Source: the human T2T-CHM13v2.0 reference genome, Homo sapiens | Length of the DNA stretch: 64,000 bases | Strand: one strand, 5' to 3' | Assembly (NCBI RefSeq): GCF_009914755.1 | Contig: NC_060928.1 | In this document: piece after piece, positions 41,336-54,475 of the stretch | Numbering within the stretch: position 1 is the stretch's first letter | Layout of the letters: each line of letters opens with the position of its first letter | The notes under the pieces: model-generated | Database searches by the model: none | Told to the model about the DNA's origin: nothing | The model's input: only the letters and a program-made list of their open reading frames with translations | Translations under genes and position numbers: made by a program

Positions 41336-42698
41336 GTGAAACAAAATAAATCTATTTTGTTTTGTAATTTAGTTTTTATATTTGGATTTCTTTTCTTAAC
41401 AATGTTTTCTTAGGAGAAAATACTATGCCATAGATATTTGTGTTTCATTCAGGAAAGCAGGCTAGAAGGAAGAAAAGAAATGATCTTTTATTGAATAGTT
41501 CCAATAATCTGAGCACTGTACTGATGTTTTTAAAATAAATTTTGCCATCTAATCTTCCAAAGACTATATGAGTTGGGTATGATTATCCCTGGGTATTACT
41601 TCTCACTTCAAAAATGAGAAAATAAGATCAAATATAAGTTTCTTGACAACCAGGCATAGCAGTGGCTGAAAAAATAATTTTAAAAGATTTTGCCTTTTAC
41701 ACGCTTTTGGTCATTACCAAATCTGGCTTTGCGTAATTTCTACATCTGAAATGTACTAAAACTAAGTAACAGCACTGATAGCTGTGGCACCCTCAACTTA
41801 GTGCATAGCATCCATCTGTCTATCTACCTATCTACCTACCTATGTCCTTTCTTTCTAAGGACGCCTTCTTATCATAAGTGTCAGACTTTGTGTTATGCTG
41901 AGTGTGAACCCACTGGCACTTGTTAGCTATAGGGATCTAAAGTAGCATTTTTGAAACTGGGAATCCAACTGGATATATCATAGATGTTCTCCAAAACTCA
42001 GTTCTGAGGTCAAAAAATATTTGATAAATGCGAGATTAGACAATGTTAAATTGGTTGCTTGCTGCATAACTTCTCAGAAATTTGAATATTCTAATATTGT
42101 CATATATTTCCTTGAGGATTAGAGGGTATGCTACAGTGCCAAGTTTATTTTACTACAGGATTTTTTTTAATTTTACCCATTAACATCTCACAAGTTAATG
42201 GCATTCAATAGACCATGGTTTAGAAAATTCTGCCTTTTCCAAAAAAAGACCAGACACAATGAGGAAGCACATAAAAGTTGAGAACAAGTTAACACAAATA
42301 TCAAACTCTCAAGAAGAATCTAGACACCAAAGAACAGCATTTTAATAGAGACACTTACAATGTAGCTTTCACAAGCCAGTAGCTAGACCCACACCGCATA
42401 GAAACTCAATGGATATATATTAAATGATGAATGAATACAAGCCAGTTATTCTGTTTAAAGAAAATGCATTGCTCTATTCTTTTTCTCATCCTATGTGGAA
42501 TCAAAATTACAGAAAGGAAGGAGGAAGAAGTGACAAAAGACATCAAAATGTTAGTGTCTCTATTAATATTGTTACTTAGGCAAAAAAATTTAAAAGGTTG
42601 TTTACCCAGAGTAAGAGGAAGGAGGATTGTGTGGCTAAGGGGACACTGGTGCAAAACCAAGAGCAGTCCCTTGAGAATAAAGATCACACATGCATGTG

Positions 42699-42716
42699 CA
42701 CACACACACACACACA
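42699..42716. repeat. (CA)9 microsatellite
   Basis: Direct observation. Confidence 0.9.
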
Positions 42717-43500
42717 ATCCCTGGCATCCTTCAAACAAATTTTCTCACTCTCCCAAGGCAAACATTTGAGTATTTTCACTATCCATTTCTATGAAACAGA
42801 AATCTCTGGAAGCAAGAGAACATACATCACATGAGGAGCTTTTGATATGATTTTGAATTATCCAACCACAAATATCTCAAGTTTGTGTTGGACCACAAGG
42901 TTGGTAGAAGAGAAAGGCAAATGGGAAAAAACAATTGATAATTTGGCTCATGAATAATTGTTTTCTAATACACCTCTGTTTCTTCATTTCTCCACAAATC
43001 TTTTCTTCTCTGCCTCCTACTCTGTTTTTCTCCATGATCTGTTCTGGTTATTTCTTAACTTGGTCTGCGTTTTCTTACTAAGATGCCCTTAAAAGTAGGG
43101 TTAGAGGTTTTTAAAAGAGAAGAGAAAGAAAGAAATCAGAAAAGCAGGGAAATTAATCAAAGATATTTCCAGTAAAAGAGCTTTTCAGATGAACATTAGA
43201 AGCGAAAAATGGTATGTGGCATAAAGTTACACCAGCAATATTCTTAAGTCATGGAACATTTTAAACTAGCAGCTGTAAATGCTGTCTTCTTCCTAATTTA
43301 ATAGGGCCCTACATCTAGATGTGGCCCAGAATAGACTTGATGGAGTACACCAATTAAAACTAATTCATTTGTTCATATTCCTTATGCAGGTTTTCCCTTT
43401 TTGCTTCATATACAGCAAGAACCCACTATTCCACTAGTTTATTTTTGAAATAAACTCCTTGTGCTTTTTCAAGCAAAGTGCCGGCACTGGTTACAACCAT

Positions 43501-43540
43501 TACAGAAAGAGAAGAGGTTATACAGAAAGAGAAGAGGTTA
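43501..43540. repeat. Perfect 20-bp tandem duplication
   Basis: TACAGAAAGAGAAGAGGTTA x2. Confidence 0.95.
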
Positions 43541-46500
43541 ACAGAGAGTGAGAATCCGAGTGTAAAGCGCATGGGCAGAATATAAAGAATTTCCAAACTG
43601 CCTTGAGCCGCTCCATATGTTCCTGGTGCTCAGTGGCAGCCCTCAATAGGAGCACCATATCTTTTAGTCCCATGTATAAATTTGTTCTGTAAATTAAAAT
43701 GTTGGCTTGTGCTCCCCTGGTGTTTAAGAAGGTGAGTGATGACCTTGGTGGGAGTACGTTTGTGTAGAAATGTGTCATAAAAGATGATGTCTTGGCCCAA
43801 GCAATGCAGGGTCCAGGTTTAGTCATTTGTTAAAAAAAAAAAAAAAAAGAGTTAAATATAACTAACACATCATGGGAGTGAGGCTCTTGCCAAATGTAAC
43901 TTTCTTTTGAATCTGAGATGTCAGCTTTCGCCCTGTGCTTTTTAAAAAATATTTTTAGCATTTTCTTTTACAGAGTTTCCTTGCTTTGGTCATTTTTTTA
44001 AGTTGCAAACAAAGCAATAAGTAGTATACATTTTTCACTAATTAAAATACTGTCAATTGATTCTTTCTCTCTTGCACATTTATTGGACAATGATGGACTT
44101 AGTTCAACATGGCATTTATTTTCTGAAATGACTAACAAATAGCAGGTTTTATGTATTCATTTACACTACCATTTTGATTTGAATATTAAAATATTGTTCA
44201 TAGATTTGAGTGAGGAATTTTTTTAACCATTCTTCTTCCTATCTTCTGTGTCACTGTTTTTTTATTTTGCACGTTAAGTGAAATAAATAAATTTACGCCA
44301 TTCATTCACAGAGCTCTTTGGCAAATCACATTTTGGAGGATGCCTCAAAGACAAATATCAATGACTGGCTTCCTCCAACTACATTGCTCCTCAGAAAATG
44401 GGTTCCATGATGTTCTGATACTCTCATGCTAGTTTATCTATTTTTTAAGACAAAAACAAAAGCTATATTTCAGATTGACAAATACTGTCACTTCAGGGTG
44501 ATTCATTTAACATATGTTAGGATGTCACATAGGCTGATACTGTGCTATTTCAGAAGCAGCTGGACTACAGAAGCATGTGATAAATGTAGATTTTATAAAT
44601 CTAAAATAAAAGGTACTTAAAACAATTATTGAAAGTATTATGTGTACCTGAGATCTATAATATAAGTTTTCCAAACTTTCACGGAAGGTGCTATCAATGG
44701 CTAAATATCTCCAGGGAATGCCTAAATTGATAAGGATTGCACAGGGAAGGAGATGAAATATTATTATTTTCTATAGGGAAACTGGAAAAATACTATTAAG
44801 TTGTTTGCTAAGTGCCAATCAGTCTGTGTTTGTAAAGACTAAAATTCCTCATGATTTGAGCAATGCATGCTAACGTTATAACTGTATCTCATTTTAGTCC
44901 AGTGGAAAATGAACTATAATGCAAAACTCAAACAAGTATGTTCTGCTCAGATAAAAATTTATGGTTCATGTATCCAAAGTGATATCTGGAAAGTTCACTT
45001 GTTCAAAATCCAACAAGCTTGTTTCAAACTTTAGTGACCATATAAACACTGCCTTTCTTCTCTGGGCTATTCTTTATCTAGTAAGTGGGGATGCTTTTGA
45101 TTAACATTTAAATAGTATATTTTAAATTTATTTTGTTGATTGTTCCTGATAATACACTGAGGAATCATCTGCTTTATTTGACAATAAATGCAGCTGTAAA
45201 CTATAGCCATCAAGAGTCATAATCTGAATGACATGTCATGCTTTCTTGGCCACAAACCTTTCTTTTAATTATTTTTTATTTAATAGCGAACTTACATCAA
45301 AATAAATCTGAGCCATCACTTCTGTTAAGGGCCTCTCTGGGGGGCCATCATTTTTTTTTCTTTTTTATAATATAAACTTTTGGTAAAATTTACTTGTTTT
45401 TAAACTCTCTTGAAACTTCATCCAATGGTCAAATGTAAGATCTTAGAGGTGGAAACAAGAGACCTATTCCTCAAGTCCTAGAGCAGGCCGAGATGTGAGT
45501 GACAGAAATCTCTCCATGCCCACTAGACAACAAACACTTAACCACTCATTGCAACTATTTTTCAAAAGCACCTCTCCAGTTGTACATTATGGAAATCAGC
45601 TCCACCAAAATCGCCTGTACTTGCTGCTTAGGGATGGTTTAGATACCACAGATCCTGCAGGCAGTCTCTGAACCCAAAATGTAAGCAACATTTGCAATGA
45701 CAGAGAAAGAAAATCTCTTGGAGGGATACAAAGGCAAACAAAACAACTGCTTTTCATTACCAGACAGATGAACAAATTAGAATTCCATTAATGAATAGTT
45801 TGTTAGTTTTTTCTCTCTCTGGACGGAAAAAAAAAACTAAAATTTAAAGCCTATGAAAGTCATTTTCTTATAATAACTAATTTTAATGGAATATTATCAG
45901 TTTGTTACAGAATAAACTGGAAAGGTGGGTGTGAAGGACAGGGCCTTTATAACATTAAAAGACAATATAAAAAAGATAAAGTGAACCCAAAAAATGGTAG
46001 GATGAAAAGCAAGTGAAAAGTAAATCTGTGTTCAACCAGGACATATGTTAGATTTTACTCTTTTATTTTAATTCTATTTATACTTCAAATTACATGTCGG
46101 AATGTTTTTCTACTATAAATATTTCCAGTGTGTAACAGCAGAACATTCCTAGTAAAACAAAAGGAGAAACCATGACAAAAATCTGAGTGACAGCTTTCTC
46201 TCACTTCCAAATACTGATACAATGATGGGTAAGGTAAAGCAAAGGATCAAAAGGCATAAAAGTTGAAATATTTTCCTTTCTCGCCCATTTCCTCCCTCAC
46301 CGTGCAACCTCCATCTATCCTACTTTTATTGTCTTTGAAAGTGAAGCTCATTTTTTAAACCTTCTTGAATACTTTTGGATCAGGGTTCATTACACTGGCA
46401 ACAGCCCACTTACTGCTTTCAATAGAAACTTTGCAAACAAGCTCTGTGACATTTTTGCATTTTGTTTGAAGGCTAAACTGGTCCCTCAATGCACTCAATA

Positions 46501-49500
46501 TTTCTTTCCTGAACAAGAGGTGAAAGATAGAAATTGAGCTTGGCCATCCATTGAACATGTCAGACTTTTTCCTCAGTTTTGCTAAAACACCCGTTTTTCT
46601 CCCTTTAGAAAGATACAAATGACCATTGGTTATGAGGTAGAGGAACAGGCACTTAATGTCAGATAACTGAAAGTTCTACAGTGCAATTCTTTTAACTGCA
46701 CTAGCTTGTGATAACCAATAGGATTTGGGCAGGAGTGGGGTGGGCTACTGGGATGAAACTGGAAGAAGAAAAATTATACAAAAAAGTAAAATACATGCAT
46801 GGAAGAATAGAGAGTGAAATTAAAAGTCATTTAAATGAATATAAAAAAATATAAATACATAGCTGAGATACATTTAGTTCCTCATTTTACCACATTTCTC
46901 ATCTTTTGAAAATGTGATTTTTCATTTCTTTAATGTGGGATGCCAGGGTTGTTGTAAATAAAATACAAAACAAAATTTAAAATATTTAAAGTAATAATAT
47001 AGGAAGAGGCATAATGGGAAAGGGAATTACTGATTTCTCCCACGGCAAAAAAAAAAAAACTTGAAAACAATTAATGTGAAAAAAAATAAACAAAGATCAA
47101 GATACATTGAGAAGCAGCACAGAGCTGTCACCTCTGTGGCACTCACATCTGCTTCTTTTCCACAGTCTAACAACCAGCCAGGTGAGAGACGCTCAAGAAA
47201 GCCGCTGCAGGACACAAGCATCCCAAAGGTGACACAGGTTTCCTACTGATAAAATAGCTGCCGTCTTTTTCTATTTCTCAGGAAAGATGTATCATCCATG
47301 GATAATATGTTTTCAATTTTAAATTTTACTCATATAAATTTTTCTTTAACCTATGGAACGTGCAACTGCCTAGCTGCCAGCAACTGCTAGCAAAGGACAG
47401 AATAAATAACCAGCAGGAAGACATTAACTTAAAAACTTAGCACAAGAATATTTGTTACCATGGACTCATAAGTTCAAGGCTATAGATGTAAAACTCATAT
47501 ATAGTCAGACTTCTGCTGTGATAAAAATGTTCCTACTTCATATGATGTAATATTTTCTGGTGTGCTATAAAGGGCATCAGAACTTTGGGATAGATTTTCA
47601 CCTCAATAAGTTGGAGAAGCACTAGCATGAGGATTAATTTAATTAATTTTATTAAAGGCACTATTTTTTTAAATGTTACCTTCCTGTCCAATTGATAACA
47701 ATGATAGAAGAGGATACCTTAACCAAGGAATAATTAGGAACATGGGACAAAGACCCAGTGTTCTTTGACTGGTTAATAATTTGTACTTTCCTTGGTCAAA
47801 ATCAAGAGGGGCTTGATAGAAAGTTCTCTGAGTATTTCAACAGGAAAAAAGCTGAAGTTTGACTTAGCTTAAATTAGTTATCACCCTCAATATCATAAAC
47901 TTCTACCATTTGGATCATTCCTTTGGTTTACGGTACCACAGTCCTCATGAAAATGATCACGTTTATCAAAATACTTTTTTGCTTGAGGAGCAATCCATAG
48001 TAGGCATTTAATATAGAAAAACTTTGGTAGTGTAAAGGATTAAGGAAAGGTCAGACAGATTGCTGCTTGACAAAACTTGTGCCCAGAATGTCATATAAAT
48101 GTGCACATAGTAACTGCACAATAAATGTTGACCCACGGAAGTGGCAAGCTTAGAAACAAGGCAAGTGCTGAAGGTGAAAATGAAATGCTAAAATGGGCAT
48201 AGCCATGCCCAAACCACACTCCTCAAAACCAGCCCTCAAGCTCCAGTTTCCTCTTTTGATTTTCTTATCCATAATCAGTATTTTTCAGCCTGATGAACAA
48301 TTCAGAAGAGACAGTTTGAAGAGTTCAAGATTTTAATAAGTCAGAATCTCCAAAATCTTGTTTTCTTTTCTGCTCTTAATGCAGGAAAATTTGCTTCTGC
48401 TCTGTGAGTAGGAAAAATGAGCACATGGAGAGAGAGAGTGTGGCCTGAATGGTAATCCCTAGCCTAAAGCTTCACAAAGAAAAACTGAAAAGGCTTTTAT
48501 GAAGAGAATTCAGCCTTTACGTGCATGACTTGAAGCAATCTCTTGAACTAGGTTCTGAAGTTCAGAAAACAAATTCTATATAATCAAAACAGAGGGCAGA
48601 GTTATGTGTGGATGTCTTGGCTCTCCTAAAATTTTGAGCATTTCCTGTAGGAAGTCTCTAAGAATAATGTGGCTCAGCCCCAGATAGAGGAGCAACAAGA
48701 GGACACCAGGGTGCTGCCAATCCTACTTGTCCATCCTTCTGGTTTTACAGCAAACCTAGCAGGAAGCAGCAATTGGAGCCTGGGAATAATGGGTGAGGGC
48801 GTTGATCTTTGGCCACTGAAGACAGCCTGCTTAAAATTGGAGAAAACAAAAACAAAAACAAAAACAGAAGAAAAAAAAACCCCACTGCACTTCTTCCAAC
48901 ATGTAGTTTCAAAATGTAAAAGAATAAAAATTAAGCTTCTTTCCCTTGGAATCTTGAGTTTATCTTTTCATCAGGAAGATATAAATTGTAACCTCCTCTC
49001 TTTGCTTAACAAACAGCTAACTATAATACAGAGGGTTTCCCTCCTTAGAGGTAATATGATATTTCCCCCCCTTTCTCACTGTCATTTATACATAGTGGAA
49101 GTGTCTTAAAGAATAAGCATGATCATGTAAGATATACATTGTGGTTTGTAAAATATTCAAGTTTTTTTACTTAGTCACCTCTATGCCAGCTTTTAAATAT
49201 GACTGAAATATGTTCATAAGATTATTTAAACTTTTGTCCTAAAGTTTTGTTCTCCTTATTAATTTATCACATGTGTCCTATGTAATATGATCATCTGTAT
49301 ATGGTATGTAAAAAATATATATATGTTTAGCTCCTACAAAGGTTTTTCTCAGATAAATCCAACTACGAATAAGTAGACACACCCCATCCACATTCAGAAA
49401 GTGATTTAGAGCCCAGGAGACCCCATGATGTGGCCATACTTTGAAACAGGGGAGCTACATTCAATTTTTAAGAAACCTAATGAAAAAATTATAAAGTCAT

Positions 49501-49679
49501 GAAAAAAGTTATAAGCACAAATATCAGGGTTTGAGAATGGCAGTTGTATAAGGTCACTCTGGAAAAATTAATATTTTGTCTAAAATAAAGTCCTATATTA
49601 TTTAAATAGTTATAAATATGTTTATAAGCCAAATTAATTTCAAAATGCTACATTTATAGATATATGATAAGCAAATGAG

Positions 49680-49862
49680 TAATGAAAATATATTAATATA
49701 TTAATTATATTAATTAAATATATTATTTAAAATATATATTTCATACATAAATTAAATATAGTACAATATTTATATGTACTACAATTATATATCTACATAT
49801 AATAATTATGTTATGCATATTACATTGCATATATTTTATATGTAAATGACATATATTTATTC
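49680..49862. repeat. AT-rich low-complexity tract
   Basis: Almost exclusively A/T with degenerate TATATTAA units. Confidence 0.85.
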
Positions 49863-50784
49863 TTTTTAACCATATAGCTTAAACTTTTCTATTTCAACAA
49901 AGAAAGCAAAATACGTATTTTATTTCTAGGATTCCATTCAGAAGACATGTGATACACCTCGAAACTGAATTTTTATGTGTTTATTAAAAGCCTGACACAT
50001 GGATTTTGATATTTTTTATGTCCCTACCCTGTGCTAATGTGATAAATATAATTTCCTTTTTCAAACTACTCATATCTTAAATGCTCTTTTACTACATGTT
50101 TGGCCTCAAATTCCTTTTTGAATAAGGTGGAGTACTATAAACAAACAATATTTAATGGCTGTTTTGCTGAATAAAAATATAACAGTTAACAGCTTTCTTC
50201 ATTAACATGCTCGCCCAGGAGCTGGTTTAACTTTCCATAGCAAGACGTGGTCATCAAAATTCCTATTCCATATTTCCAAATGCTTTTTCTGTCATATTAT
50301 TTACTGGAATTTAGATTATTATAAGCATACGTTCTATGAGGAAATTTTTTAAACTGATAACACCATAAAAACTACATCACCTGGGAGACTGAAGCTCTGG
50401 TTTAGATGAGAAAATTCTTTTCAGATCCACAGTTTCGATTTGCAGCAGGGATGACTCAGCCTCCGATAGCACACTGTGTATCCAATGCCTAGTGATTCAG
50501 CTTGGGACAGTTGGGATTATAGAAGAAGGAACAGATTTTCTTATAAAAACAAGTGGTTTTTTTCCTTCTTCATGCCTTACAATCTGTTCAAGAAACAAAT
50601 ATCATTCTTATCTTACCCTTAAGACAAAATTTTTGTCAGCCACAAAAAATCAAGTAAATATTAACCTTAGAATATCTGGAGTACAGTTCATCTAGAGAAA
50701 ATGATAGATTCATTCTGGACAAGTAGGAAATAAAAGAATAGTAATACATATTTTCTATTGTGTACTTCCAGAGATAAAGTTGAT

Positions 50785-51160
50785 TGATTTTTTTCCCAAT
50801 TTTTTATTTTGAAAGATGTGAAGAATTATATAATGAACACCAACATATCTTAGGGTCATCCTTTTTTTAACAACTTGCTTCATTTGCTTTTTTCTTTCTT
50901 CATCTCTATGTATATTTTTTGTGCTTATTCACTTGAAAGTTAGTTGCAGTCAACATAACATTTTAGCCCCAAATACTTTAGCATATATCACCTTAAGAAC
51001 AAGAATATTCTCCTATAAAACCATAATATAACATACCCAAGAAACATATTATCTAGTAGACAGTTGTTCCTCAATGCTTTATTGTTTCTGATCCAGGATC
51101 CAATAAAAAATTACACAGTGAATTTGGTTGTCTCTTTCGACTCCTTTAATCTGGAATGAG
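50785..51160 (-). mobile_element. Old L1 (L1MC4/5-like) 3' fragment
   Basis: ttttattttgaaa...aatgaacacc; gaaagttagttgcag...cccaaatactttagcat...taagaacaagaatattctcctataaaaccataat; gatccaggatccaa. Confidence 0.7.
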
Positions 51161-52212
51161 TTTTTAATTTGATACAGTGAAAATGCTTATTTTCAAAATT
51201 ACTCAGTCTCTAGAGTATCATCAATTAATACTGTCAGCAAATAATCAGGAAGACAATCTTAGAAACCTGGCCAGATACCAAACTTAAAAAAAAAATCTAT
51301 AATCATTTCACTGGAAAAAAAATTCCTTCCCAATTCAACCCATGTAAACCTCGGCCAGGTAAAGAACAAGAGAAGCAAACTTGAAAGTAACCAGGGGCTT
51401 AAACCATACAAACCCCATACATCAAGTTCAGCAGTTTGAATTGAATTGGTGGTCAGCCTACTTTGTGTAGTACAACAAGGTAAATGTGCTGGCAATACAG
51501 TAGAGCCAGCCGACAAAATAAATGTTCATTTTGACTGATACTTCACTATTCAAATACTCTGCCCTTCTTTCCCCCTGAAACCCTCAATGCCATTTTATAT
51601 AAAAATTTAAACATATTCTGACAGTGGTTTTATGGATAATACTAATGAATACTATCATATTAAATTTCTGTTCGTTCTCTGAATACTTCTCTTCCTCCCA
51701 GTTTACATTATTTTGGGAAAAGCACATCTTTAATCTTTATTGGCAATAAGCTCGCCTCTTGTTATTCACTTTAGGAGAAAATCCTTATTAGAAATGCAGT
51801 GCTAAAAAGGTACCTAAGTCATCAATATTATGGTATTTCATGAATTGAATTTGATGTATCATACACAGATGCTTGCATTAAAGCATACAACTTATTTTGG
51901 TTCAATAAAATGTTAATACATTGTTTAGCATTTATAAACAAACGTACCATCTTCAGTGCTAAATACGCAAATGACAAATGTAACAAACATGATGAACTTA
52001 TTTTCCAAATCCTGCATCATAGGCACATGAAATACTTTGGTTCACCTGAAACATAATCTTTCATCATAAGAAAGGGAATATTATGATGAGAGAGGAGTGA
52101 TAGAAATGTGGCTGTTTTCCTGTTTTTGATTTTTATGTGAAACTTAAAAGTCAATAAGAGAGAGTGGATTTCAAATGCAAGGTAATGGACAAAGGCAGCA
52201 AAGGGGGGTTTC

Positions 52213-52232
52213 TATTGCCACCTAGTGTCTAA
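52213..52232 (-). promoter_or_regulatory. CTCF core motif (weaker)
   Basis: Minus strand reads TTAGACACTAGGTGGCAATA; shares the core CACTAGGTGGCA with the site at 16.47 kb. Confidence 0.5.
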
Positions 52233-54118
52233 CTTTATAAGGGACTTATTTTTGAACATGACAGCAGTCACACAATGTGAAACAGACTCTGAAACGGGAA
52301 AGGTAATTACGGCACTTTCCAGCCAAAGAATTTCAGTCTTTTTTTCTTATGGTCAACCTCCTGTCACTGTATAACTGGTCTATATATATAAAAATACCAA
52401 AAATTTCACATATTAAAGAGTGATATTTATGAAGATGGTGATTTGTGTATATATCATGATATATACATGTACATTTGAAATTAATTCCATTATTATTTTG
52501 GATCAGTATAACTATTTAGAAAGTATAATTCCTGATGAAACAAGAAATAGTTATCTGTCACACTTACTCCATTGATATTTACTTAAAATATTACTACGAA
52601 ATTTTTTCACTTTTTTTTTTACTTTATGTAAAGCAATCTATTTAGTTTGGCTAACACATTTTATGTCCTCAAGGCTTTTGCCACCTTATAATTAGACTCT
52701 AATTTTAGAAATTGAATTGGTTATTGTGTCACTGTATAAACTACTTAATCTCCCTCCCCGCAAAAATGTCCAGCAGTTCACTGAAATAAGAAATCAATGG
52801 AGCAGATTTAACTAGCTTCAACTGTGCAATGAAAATATGCTAGTGAAAAGTTACTGGAGATATGCCCCAACATAACTGTAATCTAATGATCCAAATCAAT
52901 ACATATTTGAATAGTCAGTTATTTTTCATCCTTTTCATGTTGTGAGCATAATGCAGTCATGTAGATTATGCTGTCTGAGGAGTGGTTTAGATTGTTTTAT
53001 TGGTCTGCAACATGATTGCCAAAGTACAACTCCTTTCTTTTATAAATAGATATCTGCGGTTGGCGTAGAGATGTCATCTTCTCCTATAACAGCCTGATAA
53101 AGATCAGGTTTTAGTATTTAAGGTTTTGTTTTAAAGTCAAGTTGAAGTTTTTAGGCATTAATTTTATCTGGCATGAGGCGAGCTGGAGTGGTGTATGCAA
53201 GTGATAACCACTCTTTCTTTGAAAATAAACTGCACAGTTTGACTTTGGCAGGGTTTCAACGGTGGAAGACTTATCTGCTTGTAAAGTTCTCCCTCACGTA
53301 CGTGCTTACTCCATTTATTTTTTTACTTAGTGTAATGAGGTCTGTGGAATGGAAAAAAATAGCAACAGGAGAGTTGGAGACTATTTTATAGAGCGAAATA
53401 CATATGTGTATGAATAATGTTAACTCTGTGAATGAGTAAATTCTCTTTAGTTTTTTCAATCAATCATGCAAAGCGAGAATCAGAGCCTTTAAAAATACAA
53501 AAGATGGTATTTATTTTCTTGAGACTAACTTGCAATCATATAAGCCACATATTTTATCATTTTGTATCTTTACATGGAGTGCCTATTCTTGAGGGTGTAT
53601 TCACAAACTCATATTTGAGTCATTGCTTCTTTGGCCATGTACGTCCATATTGCAAAGGCACTGATTAAAATATGACAATAAAATGGACTAGGTGACTTTT
53701 TAATAAGTGCATGTAAATAGTAGCAGAAAAATGAAAAAAAAAGTGTTACTGAAAGATGAAACTGAAGAAAATTTGACCCATGCTAATTCTTCACTCAAAA
53801 AGGGGAAAAGAAAATATCTACAAATATGTTCTTAAAGGCAGGAATAAAACATTGCAGCTAGGATTTCCTGGTAATAATTAAGCTTCATAATTATACCTAA
53901 AAATTGTATCATCTCAGTTCTATTTAGTAACAAAGCAATTCTTTTCCAAGTTTTTTTCATCAAGCACCCCACCACACACAGATCCCTGCAGTCACTAACT
54001 CACCAACATCACCCATATGTCCCCAGTCTCCCAAACCATATAGAAAGCTATTTTCCTTTCATCACCTCTCTCAAAGTCAGCAGTTTTAGGCTTGAAAATC
54101 CATACAAGGGACAAGCTC

Positions 54119-54475
54119 TGTCTTAGTTAGAGTTCTTAAATTACCCTAGACTTGGGAGGCTTAAACAAGAGAAATTCATTTTCTCACAGTTCTGGAGGCT
54201 GGAAGTCTGAGACCAGGTTACCAGCATGACTGGGTTGTGGTGAGGGCCCTCATGCAGGTTGTGGATGGTCATATTTCTTGCTGTATCTTCACAGGGTAGA
54301 AAGAGAGTGAGAGAGCTCTCGGGTCTCTTTTATAAAGGCACTACCATTCATGACGGATCCACTCTCATGACCTAATGACCTCCCAAAGTCCCCACCTCCT
54401 AATACCAGCACATTGGGAGTTAGGATTTCAACACTCGAATTGGGGGCAGGGGGCACTAATGTTAAGTTCATTGCA
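54119..54475 (-). mobile_element. MLT1A-type MaLR solo LTR
   Basis: TG...CA bounded, ~357 bp; ggcttaaacaa...ttctcacagttctggaggctggaagtc; tcatgacctaatgacctcccaaag...ccacctcctaatacc...taggatttcaaca. Confidence 0.9.

Noticed and set aside
48669-49109. 146-aa ORF
   Set aside because: Runs through an (AAAAAC)n tract, begins at a non-ATG codon and resembles no protein I recognise.
49680-49862. Quasi-palindromes in the AT-rich tract
   Set aside because: Trivial consequence of two-letter low complexity.
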